64,000 bases of DNA, from the NCBI GenBank assembly GCA_964016885.1, contig OZ024740.1:34286001-34350000 (forward strand), given 5' to 3'. Shown here piece by piece: positions 1 to 14,604 of this stretch; the stretch's first letter is position 1, and each line of letters begins with the position of its first letter. The translations under genes and the position numbers were made by a program. The DNA is from Eledone cirrhosa (lineage: Eukaryota). The notes beneath the pieces were generated by a model. That model saw only the letters and a list, made by a program, of their open reading frames with translations. It was not told where the DNA came from and searched no databases.

Positions 1-671
1 AGAACCTCAAGAAACTTCATTTTTGTCAAGTGTAGCCCCAATTCCTAGAACCTCAAGAAACTTCATTTTTGTCAAGTGTAGCACCCAACCCCTAGAACCT
101 CAAGAAACTTCATTTTTGGCAAGTGTAGGCCCCAACTCCTAGAACCTCAAGAAACTTCACTTTTGTCAAGTGTAGCCCCCAAATCCTAGAACCTCAAGAA
201 ACTTCACCTTTGTCAAGTGTAGCTCCCAACTCCTAGAACCTAAAGAAACTTCATTTTTGTCAAGTGTAGCTCCCAACTCCTAGAACCTAAAGAAACTTCA
301 TTTTTGTCAAGTGTAGCTCCCCGACTCCTAGAACCTCAAGAAACTTCATTTTTGGCAAGTGTAGGCCCCAACTCCTAGAACCTCAAAAAACTTCATTTTT
401 GTCAAGTGTAGCCTCCTCGGCTCCTAGAACCTCAAGAAGCTTCATTTTTGTCAAGTGTAGCCCCCCAACTCCTAGAACCTCAAGAAACATCATTTTTGTC
501 AAGTGTAGCCCTCCAACTCCTATAACCTCAAGAAACTTCATTTTTCTCAAGTGTAGCCCCCAACTCCTAGAACCTCAAGAAACTTCACTTTTGTCAAGTG
601 TAGCCCCCCAACCCCTAGAACCTCAAGAAACTTCACCTTTGTCAAGTGTAGCTCCCAACTCCTAGAACCTA

Positions 672-1361
672 AAGAAACTTCATTTTTGTCAAGTGTAGCT
701 CCCCGACTCCTAGAACCTCAAGAAACTTCATTTTTGTCAAGTGTAGCCCCCCAACTCCTAGAACCTCAAGAAACTTCATTTTTGTCAAGTGTAGACCCCC
801 ATCTCCTAGAACCTCAAGAAACTTCATTTTTGTCAAGTGTAGCCCGCACCCCTACAACCTCAAGAAACTTCATTTCTGTCAAGTGTAGCTCCCAAATCCT
901 AGAACCTCAAGAAACTTCATTTCTGTCAAGTGTAGCTCCCAAATCCTAGAACCTCAAGAAACTTCATTTTTGTCAAGTGTAGCCCCCAAATTGTAGAACC
1001 TCAAGAAACTTCATTTTTGTCAAGTGTAGCTCCCCGACTCCTAGAACCTCAAGAAACTTCATTTTTGTCAAGTGTAGCCCCCCAACTCCTAGAACCTCAA
1101 GAAACTTCATTTTTGTCAAGTGTAGACCCCCATCTCCTAGAACCTCAAGAAACTTCATTTTTGTCAAGTGTAGCCCGCACCCCTACAACCTCAAGAAACT
1201 TCATTTCTGTCAAGTGTAGCTCCCAAATCCTAGAACCTCAAGAAACTTCATTTCTGTCAAGTGTAGCTCCCAAATCCTAGAACCTCAAGAAACTTCATTT
1301 TTGTCAAGTGTAGCCCCCAAATTGTAGAACCTCAAGAAACTTCATTTTTGTCAAGTGTAGC
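672..1361 (+). repeat. Recent tandem duplication, 331-bp (7-monomer) unit x2
   Basis: The rare variant AAATTGTAGAACC occurs at 991 and 1322. ORFs 686..949 and 1017..1280 are identical. Both offsets are 331. Confidence 0.93.
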
Positions 1362-2599
1362 CCCCGACTCCTAGAACCTCAAGAATCTTCATTTTTGTCA
1401 AGTGTAGCCCACCGACTCCTAGAACCTCAAGAAACTTCATTTTTGTCAAGTGTAGCCACCAACTCCTAGAACCCCAAGAAAGTTCATTTTTGTCAAGTGT
1501 AGCCCCAACTCCTAGAACCTAAAGAAACTTCATTTTTGTCAAGTGTAGCACCCAACCCCTAGAACCTCAAGAAACTTCATTTTTGGCAAGTGTAGGCCCC
1601 AACTCCTAGAACCTCAAGAAACTTCACTTTTGTCAAGTGTAGCCCCCAACTCCTAGAACCTCAAGAAACTTCACCTTTGTCAAGTGTAGCTCCCAACTCC
1701 TAGAACCTAAAGAAACTTCATTTTTGTCAAGTGTAGCTCCCAACTCCTAGAACCTAAAGAAACTTCATTTTTGTCAAGTGTAGCTCCCCGACTCCTAGAA
1801 CCTCAAGAAACTTCATTTTTGGCAAGTGTAGGCCCCAACTCCTAGAACCTCAAGAAACTTCACTTTTGTCAAGTGTAGCCCCCAACTCCTAGAACCTCAA
1901 GAAACTTCATTTTTGGCAAGTGTAGCCCCAACTCCTAGAACCTCAAGAAACTTCATTTTTGTCAAGTGTAGCCCCATCTCCTAGAACCTCAAGAAACTTC
2001 ATTTTTGTCAAGTGTAGCCCTCCAACTCCTATAACCTCAAGAAACTTCATTTTTGTCAAGTGTAGCCCCCGACTCCTAGAACCTCAAGAAACTTCATTTT
2101 TGGCAAGTGTAGCCCCAACTCCTAGAACCTAAAGAAACTTCATTTTTGTCAAGTGTAGCCCCCGACTCCTAGAACCTCAAGAAACTTCATTTTTGTCAAG
2201 TGTAGCCCTCCAACTCCTATAACCTCAAGAAACTTCATTTTTGTCAAGTGTAGCCCTCCAACTCCTATAACCTCAAGAAACTTCATTTTTGTCAAGTGTA
2301 GCCCTCCAACTCCTATAACTTCAAGAAACTTCATTTTTCTCAAGTGTAGCCCCCAACTCCTACAACCTCAAGAAACTTTATTTTTGTCAAGTGTAGCCCC
2401 CATCTCCTAGAACCTCAAGAAACTTTATTTTTGTCAAGTGTAGCCCCCCAACTCCTAGAACCTCAAGAAACTTCATTTTTGTCAAGTGTAGCCCCCCACC
2501 CCTACAACCTCAAGAAACTTCATTTCTGTCAAGTGTAGCCCCAATTCCTAGAACCTCAAGAAACTTCATTTTTGTCAAGTGTAGCACCCAACCCCTAGA

Positions 2600-5500
2600 A
2601 CCTCAAGAAGCTTCATTTTTGTCAAGTGTAGCCCCCCAACTCCTAGAACCTCAAGAAACATCATTTTTGTCAAGTGTAGCCCTCCAACTCCTATAACCTC
2701 AAGAAACTTCATTTTTCTCAAGTGTAGCCCCCAACTCCTAGAACCTCAAGAAACTTCACTTTTGTCAAGTGTAGCCCCCCAACTCCTAGAACCTCAAGAA
2801 ACTTCACCTTTGTCAAGTGTAGCTCCCAACTCCTAGAACCTAAAGAAACTTCATTTTTGTCAAGTGTAGCTCCCCGACTCCTAGAACCTCAAGAAACTTC
2901 ATTTTTGGCAAGTGTAGCCCCCAACTCCTAGAACCTCAAGAAACTTCACTTTTGTCAAGTGTAGCCCCCCAACTCCTAGAACCTCAAGAAACTTCATTTT
3001 TGGCAAGTGTAGCCCCAACTCCTAGAACCTCAAGAAACTTCATTTTTGTCAAGTGTAGCCCCATCTCCTAGAACCTCAAGAAACTTCATTTTTGTCAAGT
3101 GTAGCCCTCCAACTCCTATAACTTCAAGAAACTTCATTTTTCTCAAGTGTAGCCCCCAACTCCTAGAACCTCAAGAAACTTCACTTTTGTCAAGTGTAGC
3201 CCTCCAACTCCTAGAACATCAAGAAACTTCATTTTTGTCAAGTGTAGCCCCCAACTCCTACAACCTCAAGAAACTTTATTTTTGTCAAGTGTAGCCCCCA
3301 TCTCCTAGAACCTCAAGAAACTTTATTTTTGTCAAGTGTAGCCCCCCAACTCCTAGAACCTCAAGAAACTTCATTTTTGTCAAGTGTAGCCCCCCACCCC
3401 TACAACCTCAAGAAACTTCATTTCTGTCAAGTGTAGCTCCCAAATCCTAGAACCTCAAGAAACTTCATTTTTGTCAAGTGTAGCCCCCAAATCCTAGAAC
3501 CTCAAGAAACTTCATTTTTGTCAAGTATAGCCCCCGACTCCTAGAACCTCAAGAATCTTCATTTTTGTCAAGTGTAGCCCACCGACTCCTAGAACCTCAA
3601 GAAACTTCATTTTTGTCAAGTGTAGCCACCAACTCCTAGAACCCCAAGAAAGTTCATTTTTGTATAGTGTAGCAACACCCCCCGACTCCTAGACCCTTAA
3701 GAAACTTAATTTTTGTCAAGTGTAGCCCCAATTCCTAGAACCTCAAGAAACTTCATTTTTGTCAAGTGTAGCACCCAACCCCTAGAACTTCAAAAAACTT
3801 CATTTTTGTCAAGTGTAGCCTCCTCGGCTCCTAGAACCTCAAGAAGCTTCATTTTTGTCAAGTGTAGCCCCCCCAACTCCTAGAACCTCAAGAAACATCA
3901 TTTTTGTCAAGTGTAGCTCCCCAACTCCTAGAACCTCAAGAAACTTCACCTTTGTCAAGTGTAGCCCCCCAACTCCTAGAACCTCAAGAAACTTCACCTT
4001 TGTCAAGTGTAGCCCCCCAACTCCTAGAACCTCAAGAAACTTCACCTTTGTCAAGTGTAGCTCCCAACTCCTAGAACCTAAAGAAACATCATTTTTGTCA
4101 AGTGTAGCCCCCCCAACTCCTAGAACCTCAAGAAACTTCACTTTTGTCAAGTGTAGCCCCCCAACTCCTAGAACCTCAAGAAACTTCACCTTTGTCAAGT
4201 GTAGCTCCCAACTCCTAGAACCTAAAGAAACTTCATTTTTGCCAAGTGTAGCTCCCCGACTCCTAGAACCTCAAGAAACTTCATTTTTGGCAAGTGTAGC
4301 CCCCAACTCCTAGAACCTCAAGAAACTTCACTTTTGTCAAGAGTAGCCCCCCAACTCCTAGAACCTCAAGAAACTTCATTTTTGGCAAGTGTAGCCCCAA
4401 CTCCTAGAACCTCAAGAAACTTCATTTTTGTCAAGTGTAGCCCCATCTCCTAGAACCTCAAGAAACTTCATTTTTGTCAAGTGTAGCCCTCCAACTCCTA
4501 TAACCTCAAGAAACTTCATTTTTGTCAAGTGTAGCCCCAACTCCTAGAACTTCAAGAAACTTCATTTTTGTCAAGTGTAGCCCCCGACTCCTATAACTTC
4601 AAGAAACTTCATTTTTGTCAAGTGTAGCCCCAACTCCTAGAACCTCAAGAAACTTCATTTCTGTCAAGTGTAGCCCCCATCTCCTAGAACCTCAAGAAAC
4701 TTCATTTTTGTCAAGTGTAGCCCTCCAACTCCTATAACCTCAAGAAACTTCATTTCTGTCAAGTGTAGCCCCCATCTCCTAGAACCTCAAGAAACTTCAT
4801 TTTTGTCAAGTGTAGCCCTCCAACTCCTATAACCTCAAGAAACTTCATTTTTGTCAAGTGTAGCCCCAATTTCTAGAACCTCAAGAAACTTCATTTTTGT
4901 CAAGTGTAGCCCCCATCTCCTAGAACCTCAAGAAACTTTATTTTTGTCAAGTGTAGCCCCCCAACTCCTAGAACCTCAAGAAACTTCATTTTCGTCAAGT
5001 GTAGCCCCCCAACTCCTAGAACTTCAAGAAACATCATTTTTGTCAAGTGTAGCCCTCCAACTCCTAGAACTTCAAGAAACATCATTTTTGTCAAGTGTAG
5101 CCCTCCAACTCCTAGAACATCAAGAAACTTCATTTTTGTCAAGTGTAGCCCCCAACTCCTACAACCTCAAGAAACTTCATTTTTGTCAAGTGTAGACCCC
5201 CATCTCCTAGAACCTCAAGAAACTTCATTTTTGTCAAGTGTAGCCCCCCACCCCTACAACCTCAAGAAACTTCATTTCTGTCAAGTGTAGCTCCCAAATC
5301 CTAGAACCTCAAGAAACTTCATTTTTGTGAAGTGTAGCCCCCAAATCCTAGAACCTCAAGAAACTTCATTTTTGTCAAGTATAGCCCCCTACTCCTAGAA
5401 CCTCAAGAATCTTCATTTTTGTCAAGTGTAGCCCACTGACTCCTAGAACCTCAAGAAACTTCATTTTTGTCAAGTGTAGCCACCAACTCCTAGAACCCCA

Positions 5501-8500
5501 ACAAAGTTCATTTTTGTATAGTGTAGCAACACCACCCAACTCCTAGAACCTCAAGAAACTTCATTTTTGTCAAGTGTAGCCCCAATTCCTAGAACCTCAA
5601 GAAACTTCATTTTTGTCAAGTGTAGCACCCAACCCCTAGAACCTCAAGAAACTTCACTTTTGTCAAGTGTAGCCCCCCAACTCCTAGAACATCAAGAAAC
5701 TTCATTTTTCTCAAGTGTAGCCCCCAACTCCTAGAACCTCAAGAAACTTCACTTTTGTCAAGTGTAGTTCCCAACTCCTAGAACCTCAAGAAACTTCATT
5801 TTTGTCAAGTGTAGCCCCCATCTCCTAGAACTGCAAGAAACTTTATTTTTGACAAGTGTAGCCCCCAACTCCTAGAACATCGAGAAACTTCATTTTTGTC
5901 AAGTGAAGCCCACAACTCCTAGAACCTCAAGAAACTTCACTTTTTTCAAGTGTAGCCACCCACCCCTACAACCTCAAGAAACTTTATTTTTGTCAAGTGT
6001 AGCCTCCTCGGCTCCTAGAACCTCAAGAAGCTTCATTTTTGTCAAGTGTAGCCCCCCAACTCCTAGAACCTCAAGAAACATCATTTTTGTCAAGTGTAGC
6101 CCTCCAACTCCTATAACCTCAAGAAACTTCATTTTTCTCAAGTGTAGCCCCCAACTCCTAGAACCTCAAGAAACTTCACTTTTGTCAAGTGTAGCCCCCC
6201 AACTCCTAGAACCTCAAGAAACTTCACCTTTGTCAAGTGTAGCTCCCAACTCCTAGAACCTAAAGAAACTTCATTTTTGTCAAGTGTAGCTCCCCGACTC
6301 CTAGAACCTCAAGAAACTTCATTTTTGGCAAGTGTAGCCCCCAACTCCTAGAACCTCAAGAAACTTCACTTTTGTCAAGTGTAGCCCCCCAACTCCTAGA
6401 ACCTCAAGAAACTTCATTTTTGGCAAGTGTAGCCCCAACTCCTAGAACCTCAAGAAACTTCATTTTTGTCAAGTGTAGCCCTCCAACTCCTATAACTTCA
6501 AGAAACTTCATTTTTCTCAAGTGTAGCCCCCAACTCCTAGAACCTCAAGAAACTTCACTTTTGTCAAGTGTAGCCCTCCAACTCCTAGAACATCAAGAAA
6601 CTTCATTTTTGTCAAGTGTAGCCCCCAACTCCTACAACCTCAAGAAACTTTATTTTTGTCAAGTGTAGCCCCCATCTCCTAGAACCTCAAGAAACTTTAT
6701 TTTTGTCAAGTGTAGCCCCCGACTCCTAGAACCTCAAGAAACTTCATTTTTGTCAAGTGTAGCCCCCCACCCCTACAACCTCAAGAAACTTCATTTCTGT
6801 CAAGTGTAGCTCCCAAATCCTAGAACCTCAAGAAACTTCATTTTTGTCAAGTGTAGCCCCCAAATCCTAGAACCTCAAGAAACTTTATTTTTGTCAAGTG
6901 TAGCCCCCATCTCCTAGAACCTCAAGAAACTTTATTTTTGTCAAGTGTAGCCCCCAACTCCTAGAACCTCAAGAAACTTCATTTTTGTCAAGTGTAGCCC
7001 CCCACCCCTACAACCTCAAGAAACTTCATTTCTGTCAAGTGTAGCTCCCAAATCCTAGAACCTCAAGAAACTTCATTTTTGTCAAGTGTAGCCCCCAAAT
7101 CCTAGAACCTCAAGAAACTTCATTTTTGTCAAGTATAGCCCCCGACTCCTAGAACCTCAAGAATCTTCATTTTTGTCAAGTGTAGCCCACCGACTCCTAG
7201 AACCTCAAGAAACTTCATTTTTGTCAAGTGTAGCCACCAACTCCTAGAACCCCAAGAAAGTTCATTTTTGTATAGTGTAGCAACACCCCCCGACTCCTAG
7301 ACCCTTAAGAAACTTAATTTTTGTCAAGTGTAGCCCCAATTCCTAGAACCTCAAGAAACTTCATTTTTGTCAAGTGTAGCACCCAACCCCTAGAACTTCA
7401 AAAAACTTCATTTTTGTCAAGTGTAGCCTCCTCGGCTCCTAGAACCTCAAGAAGCTTCATTTTTGTCAAGTGTAGCCCCCCCAACTCCTAGAACCTCAAG
7501 AAACATCATTTTTGTCAAGTGTAGCCCTCCAACTCCTATAACCTCAAGAAACTTCATTTTTTTCAAGTGTAGCCCCCAACTCCTAGAACCTCAAGAAACT
7601 TCACCTTTGTCAAGTGTAGCTCCCAACTCCTAGAACCTAAAGAAACTTCATTTTTGCCAAGTGTAGCTCCCCGACTCCTAGAACCTCAAGAAACTTCATT
7701 TTTGGCAAGTGTAGCCCCCAACTCCTAGAACCTCAAGAAACTTCACTTTTGTCAAGAGTAGCCCCCCAACTCCTAGAACCTCAAGAAACTTCATTTTTGG
7801 CAAGTGTAGCCCCAACTCCTAGAACCTCAAGAAACTTCATTTTTGTCAAGTGTAGCCCCATCTCCTAGAACCTCAAGAAACTTCATTTTTGTCAAGTGTA
7901 GCCCTCCAACTCCTATAACCTCAAGAAACTTCATTTTTGTCAAGTGTAGCCCCAACTCCTAGAACTTCAAGAAACTTCATTTTTGTCAAGTGTAGCCCCC
8001 GACTCCTATAACTTCAAGAAACTTCATTTTTGTCAAGTGTAGCCCCAACTCCTAGAACCTCAAGAAACTTCATTTCTGTCAAGTGTAGCCCCATCTCCTA
8101 GAACCTCAAGAAACTTCATTTTTGTCAAGTGTAGCCCTCCAACTCCTATAACCTCAAGAAACTTCATTTCTGTCAAGTGTAGCCCCCATCTCCTAGAACC
8201 TCAAGAAACTTCATTTCTGTCAAGTGTAGCCCCATCTCCTAGAACCTCAAGAAACTTCATTTTTGTCAAGTGTAGCCCTCCAACTCCTATAACCTCAAGA
8301 AACTTCATTTCTGTCAAGTGTAGCCCCCATCTCCTAGAACCTCAAGAAACTTCATTTTTGTCAAGTGTAGCCCTCCAACTCCTAGAACCTCAAGAAACTT
8401 CATTTTTGTCAAGTGTAGCCCCCATCTCCTAGAACCTCAAGAAACTTCATTTCTGTCAAGTGTAGCCCCCATCTCCTAGAACCTCAAGAAACTTCATTTT

Positions 8501-10020
8501 TGTCAAGTGTAGCCCTCCAACTCCTATAACCTCAAGAAACTTCATTTTTGTCAAGTGTAGCCCCAATTTCTAGAACCTCAAGAAACTTCATTTTTGTCAA
8601 GTGTAGCCCCCATCTCCTAGAACCTCAAGAAACTTTATTTTTGTCAAGTGTAGCCCCCCAACTCCTAGAACCTCAAGAAACTTCATTTTCGTCAAGTGTA
8701 GCCCCCCAACTCCTAGAACTTCAAGAAACATCATTTTTGTCAAGTGTAGCCCTCCAACTCCTAGAACTTCAAGAAACATCATTTTTGTCAAGTGTAGCCC
8801 TCCAACTCCTAGAACATCAAGAAACTTCATTTTTGTCAAGTGTAGCCCCCAACTCCTACAACCTCAAGAAATTTTATTTTTGTCAAGTGTAGCCCCCATC
8901 TCCTAGAACCTCAAGAAACTTTATTTTTGTCAAGTGTAGCCCCCCAACTCCTAGAACCTCAAGAAACATCATTTTTGTCAAGTGTAGCCCTCCAACTCCT
9001 ATAACTTCAAGAAACTTCATTTTTCTCAAGTGTAGCCCCCAACTCCTAGAACCTCAAGAAACTTCACTTTTGTCAAGTGTAGCCCTCCAACTCCTAGAAC
9101 ATCAAGAAACTTCATTTTTGTCAAGTGTAACCCCAACTCCTACAACCTCAAGAAACTTCATTTTTGTCAAGTGTAGACCCCCATCTCCTAGAACCTCAAG
9201 AAACTTCATTTTTGTCAAGTGTAGCCCCCCACCCCTACAACCTCAAGAAACTTCATTTCTGTCAAGTGTAGCTCCCAAATCCTAGAACCTCAAGAAACTT
9301 CATTTTTGTGAAGTGTAGCCCCCAAATCCTAGAACCTCAAGAAACTTCATTTTTGTCAAGTATAGCCCCCTACTCCTAGAACCTCAAGAATCTTCATTTT
9401 TGTCAAGTGTAGCCCACTGACTCCTAGAACCTCAAGAAACTTCATTTTTGTCAAGTGTAGCCACCAACTCCTAGAACCCCATCAAAGTTCATTTTTGTAT
9501 AGTGTAGCAACACCACCCAACTCCTAGAACCTCAAGAAACTTCATTTTTGTCAAGTGTAGCCCCAATTCCTAGAACCTCAAGAAACTTCATTTTTGTCAA
9601 GTGTAGCACCCAACCCCTAGAACCTCAAGAAACTTCACTTTTGTCAAGTGTAGCCCCCCAACTCCTAGAACATCAAGAAACTTCATTTTTCTCAAGTGTA
9701 GCCCCCAACTCCTAGAACCTCAAGAAACTTCACTTTTGTCAAGTGTAGTTCCCAACTCCTAGAACCTCAAGAAACTTCATTTTTGTCAAGTGTAGCCCCC
9801 AACTCCTAGAACCGCAAGAAACTTTATTTTTGACAAGTGTAGCCCCCAACTCCTAGAACCGCAAGAAACTTTATTTTTGACAAGTGTAGCCCCCAACTCC
9901 TAGAACATCGAGAAACTTCATTTTTGTCAAGTGAAGCCCACAACTCCTAGAACCTCAAGAAACTTCACTTTTTTCAAGTGTAGCCACCCACCCCTACAAC
10001 CTCAAGAAACTTTATTTTTG
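2600..10020 (+). repeat. Large older tandem duplication, ~2600-6000 vs ~6010-10020, differing by whole-monomer indels
   Basis: Rare variants are shared in the same order: GACCCTTAAGAAACTTAAT (~3692/~7301), AAGAGTAGCC (~4340/~7756), TTTTCGTCAAG (~4990/~8687), GCCCACTGAC (5431/9412) and AAGTGAAGCCCACA (~5901/~9929). ORFs 4851 and 8548 are near-identical (offset 3697). The offset drifts from ~3.4 to ~4.0 kb. Confidence 0.85.
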
Positions 10021-10349
10021 TCAAGTGTAGCCTCCGCCCCCGACTCCTAGAACCTCAAGAAACTTCACTTTTTTCAAGTGTAGCCCCCCGACTCCTAGAA
10101 CCTCAAGAAACTTCATATTTTTGTCAAGTGTAGCCACCAACTCCTACAACCCCAAGAAAGTTCATTTTTGTATAGTGTAGCAACACCCCCCGACTCCTAG
10201 AACCTCAAGAAACTTCATTTTTCTCAAGTGTAGCCCCCAACTCCTAGAACCTCAAGAAACTTCACTTTTCTCAAGTGTAGCCCCCAACTCCTAGAACCTC
10301 AAGAAACTTCATTTTTCTCAAGTGTAGCCCCCAACTCCTAGAACCTCAA

Positions 10350-10975
10350 GAAACTTCATTTTTCTCAAGTGTAGCCCCCATCTCCTAGAACCTCAAGAAA
10401 CTTCACTTTTGTCAAGTGTAGCTCTCCAACTCCTAGAACATGAAGAAACTTCATTTTTGTCAAGTGTAGCCCCCAACTCCTACAACCTCAAGAAACTTTA
10501 TTTTTGTCAAGTGTAGCCCCCATCTCCTAGAACCTCAAGAAACTTTATTTTTGTCAAGTGTAGCCCCCCAACTCCTAGAACCTCAAGAAACTTTATTTTT
10601 GTCAAGTGTAGCCCCAACTCCTAGAACCTAAAGAAACTTCATTTTTGTCAAGTGTAGCCCCAACTCCTAGAACCTAAAGAAACTTCATTTTTCTCAAGTG
10701 TAGCCCCCATCTCCTAGAACCTCAAGAAACTTCACTTTTGTCAAGTGTAGCTCTCCAACTCCTAGAACATGAAGAAACTTCATTTTTGTCAAGTGTAGCC
10801 CCCAACTCCTACAACCTCAAGAAACTTTATTTTTGTCAAGTGTAGCCCCCATCTCCTAGAACCTCAAGAAACTTTATTTTTGTCAAGTGTAGCCCCCCAA
10901 CTCCTAGAACCTCAAGAAACTTTATTTTTGTCAAGTGTAGCCCCAACTCCTAGAACCTAAAGAAACTTCATTTTT
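10350..10975 (+). repeat. Tandem duplication, 329-bp (7-monomer) unit x2
   Basis: The rare variant GCTCTCCAACTCCTAGAACATGAAG occurs at 10421 and 10750 with matching neighbouring monomers. Confidence 0.85.
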
Positions 10976-12712
10976 GGCAAGTGTAGCCTCCTCGGCTCCT
11001 AGAACCTCAAGAAGCTTCATTTTTGTCAAGTGTAGCCCTCCAACCCCTAGAACCTCAAGAAGCTTCATTTTTGTCAAGTGTAGCTCCCAACTCCTAGAAC
11101 CTCAAGAAACTTCATTTTTGTCAAGTGTAGCCCCCCAACTCCTAGAACCTCAAGAAACTTCATTTTTGTGAAGTGTAGCCACCCACCCCTACAACCTCAA
11201 GAAACTTTATTTTTGTCAAGTGTAGCCCCCATCTCCTAGAACCTAAAGAAACTTCATTTTTGTCAAGTGTAGCCTCCTCGGCTCCTAGAACCTCAAGAAA
11301 CATCATTTTTGTCAAGTGTAGCCCTCCAACTCCTATAACTTCAAGAAACTTCATTTTTCTCAAGTGTAGCCCCCCAACTCCTAGAACCTCAAGAAACATC
11401 ATTTTTGTCAAGTGTAGCCCTCCAACTCCTATAACTTCAAGAAACTTCATTTTTCTCAAGTGTAGCCCCCAACTCCTAGAACCTCAAGAAACTTCACTTT
11501 TGTCAAGTGTAGCCCCCCAACTCCTAGAACCTCAAGAAACATCATTTTTGTCAAGTGTAGCCCTCCAACTCCTATAACTTCAAGAAACTTCATTTTTCTC
11601 AAGTGTAGCCCCCCAACTCCTAGAACCTCAAGAAACTTCACTTTTGTCAAGTGTAGCCCTCCAACCCCTAGAACCTCAAGAAACTTCATTTTTGTCAAGT
11701 GTAGCCCCCCAACTCCTAGAACCTCAAGAAACTTCATTTTTCTCAAGTGTAGCCCCCCAACTCCTAGAACCTCAAGAAACTTCATTTTTGTCAAGTGTAG
11801 CCCCCAACTCCTACAACCTCAAGAAACTTTATTTTTGTCAAGTGTAGCCCCCATCTCCTAGAACCTCAAGAAACTTTATTTTTGTCAAGTGTAGCCCCCC
11901 AACTCCTAGAACCTCAAGAAACATCATTTTTGTCAAGTGTAGCCCTCCAACTCCTATAACTTCAAGAAACTTCATTTTTCTCAAGTGTAGCCCCCAACTC
12001 CTAGAACCTCAAGAAACTTCACTTTTGTCAAGTGTAGCCCTCCAACTCCTAGAACATCAAGAAACTTCATTTTTGTCAAGTGTAACCCCCAACTCCTACA
12101 ACGTCAAGAAACTTCATTTTTGTCAAGTGTTGACCCCCATCTCCTAGAACCTCAAGAAACTTCATTTTTGTCAAGTGTAGCCCCCCACCCCTACAACCTC
12201 AAGAAACTTCATTTCTGTCAAGTGTAGCTCCCAAATCCTAGAACCTCAAGAAACTTCATTTTTGTCAAGTGTAGCCCCCAAATCCTAGAACCTCAAGAAA
12301 CTTCATTTTTGTCAAGTATAGCCCCCTACTCCTAGAACCTCAAGAATCTTCATTTTTGTCAAGTGTAGCCCACCGACTCCTAGAACCTCAAGAAACTTCA
12401 TTTTTGTCAAGTGTAGCCACCAACTCCTAGAACCCCAAGAAAGTTCATTTTTGTATAGTGTAGCAACACCCCTCAACTCCTAGAACCTCAAGAAACTTCA
12501 TTTTTGTCAAGTGTAGCCCCAATTCCTAGAACCTCAAGAAACTTCATTTTTGTCAAGTGTAGCACCCAACCCCTAGAACCTCAAAAAACTTCATTTTTGT
12601 CAAGTGTAGCCCCCCAACTCCTAGAACCTCAAGAAACATCATTTTTGTCAAGTGTAGCCCTCCATCTCCTATAACCTCAAGAAACTTCATTTTTCTCAAG
12701 TGTAGCCCCCAA

Positions 12713-14604
12713 CTCCTAGAACCTCAAGAAACTTCACTTTTGTCAAGTGTAGCCCCCCAACTCCTAGAACGTCAAGAAACTTCATTTTTCTCAAGTGTAG
12801 CCCCCAACTCCTAGAACCTCAAGAAACTTCACTGTTGTCAAGTGTAGTTCCCAACTCCTACAACCTCAAGAAACTTCATTTTTGGCAAGTGTAGCCCCCA
12901 ACTCCTAGAACCTCAAGAAACTTCATTTTTGTCAAGTGTAGCCCCCATCTCCTAGAACCGCAAGAAACTTTATTTTTGTCAAGTGTAGCCCCCAACTCCT
13001 AGAACATCGAGAAACTTCATTTTTGTCAAGTGAAGCCCACAACTCCTAGAACCTCAAGAAACTTCACTTTTGTCAAGTGTAGCCACCCACCCCTACCACC
13101 TCAAGAAACTTCATTTTTGTCAAGTGTAGCCCCCCACCCCTACAACCTCAAGAAACTTCATTTCTGTCAAGTGTAGCTCCCAAATCCTAGAACCTCAAGA
13201 AACTTCATTTTTGTCAAGTGTAGCCCCCAAATCCTAGAACCTCAAGAAACTTCATTTTTGTCAAGTATAGCCCCCGACTCCTAGAACCTCAAGAATCTTC
13301 ATTTTTGTCAAGTGTAGCCCACCGATTCCTAGAACCTCAAGAAACTTCATTTTTGTCAAGTGTAGCCTCCAACTCCTAGAACCCCAAGAAAGTTCATTTT
13401 TGTATAGTGTAGCAACACCTCCCGACTCCTAGAACCTCAAGAAACTTCATTTTTGTCAAGTGTAGCCCCAATTCCTAGAACCTCAAGAAACTTCATTTTT
13501 CTCAAGTGTAGCCCCCAACTCCTAGAACCTCAAGAAACTTCACTTTTGTCAAGTGTAGCTCCCAAATCCTAGAACCTAAAGAAACTTCATTTTTGTCAAG
13601 TGTAGCTCCCCGACTCCTAGAACCTCAAGAAACTTCATTTTTGTCAAGTGTAGCCCCCCATCTCCTAGAACCTCAAGAAACTTCACTTTTGTCAAGTGTA
13701 GCCCCCCAACTCCTAGAACGTCAAGAAACTTCATTTTTCTCAAGTGTAGCCCCCAACTCCTAGAACCTCAAGAAACTTCACTGTTGTCAAGTGTAGTTCC
13801 CAACTCCTACAACCTCAAGAAACTTCATTTTTGGCAAGTGTAGCCCCCAACTCCTAGAACCTCAAGAAACTTCATTTTTGTCAAGTGTAGCCCCCATCTC
13901 CTAGAACCGCAAGAAACTTTATTTTTGTCAAGTGTAGCCCCCAACTCCTAGAACATCGAGAAACTTCATTTTTGTCAAGTGAAGCCCACAACTCCTAGAA
14001 CCTCAAGAAACTTCACTTTTGTCAAGTGTAGCCACCCACCCCTACAACCTCAAGAAACTTCATTTTTGTCAAGTGTAGCCCCCCACCCCTACAACCTCAA
14101 GAAACTTCATTTCTGTCAAGTGTAGCTCCCAAATCCTAGAACCTCAAGAAACTTCATTTTTGTCAAGTGTAGCCCCCAAATCCTAGAACCTCAAGAAACT
14201 TCATTTTTGTCAAGTATAGCCCCCGACTCCTAGAACCTCAAGAATCTTCATTTTTGTCAAGTGTAGCCCACCGATTCCTAGAACCTCAAGAAACTTCATT
14301 TTTGTCAAGTGTAGCCTCCAACTCCTAGAACCCCAAGAAAGTTCATTTTTGTATAGTGTAGCAACACCTCCCGACTCCTAGAACCTCAAGAAACTTCATT
14401 TTTGTCAAGTGTAGCCCCAATTCCTAGAACCTCAAGAAACTTCATTTTTCTCAAGTGTAGCCCCCAACTCCTAGAACCTCAAGAAACTTCACTTTTGTCA
14501 AGTGTAGCTCCCAACTCCTAGAACCTAAAGAAACTTCATTTTTGTCAAGTGTAGCTCCCCGACTCCTAGAACCTCAAGAAACTTCATTTTTGTCAAGTGT
14601 AGCC
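12713..14604 (+). repeat. Tandem duplication, 949-bp (20-monomer) unit x2
   Basis: GAACGTCAAG at 12771/13720 and GTATAGTGTAGCAACACCTCCCG at 13402/14351 are both offset by 949. At least two substitutions separate the copies (CTACCACC vs CTACAACC; CCAAATCC vs CCAACTCC). Confidence 0.92.
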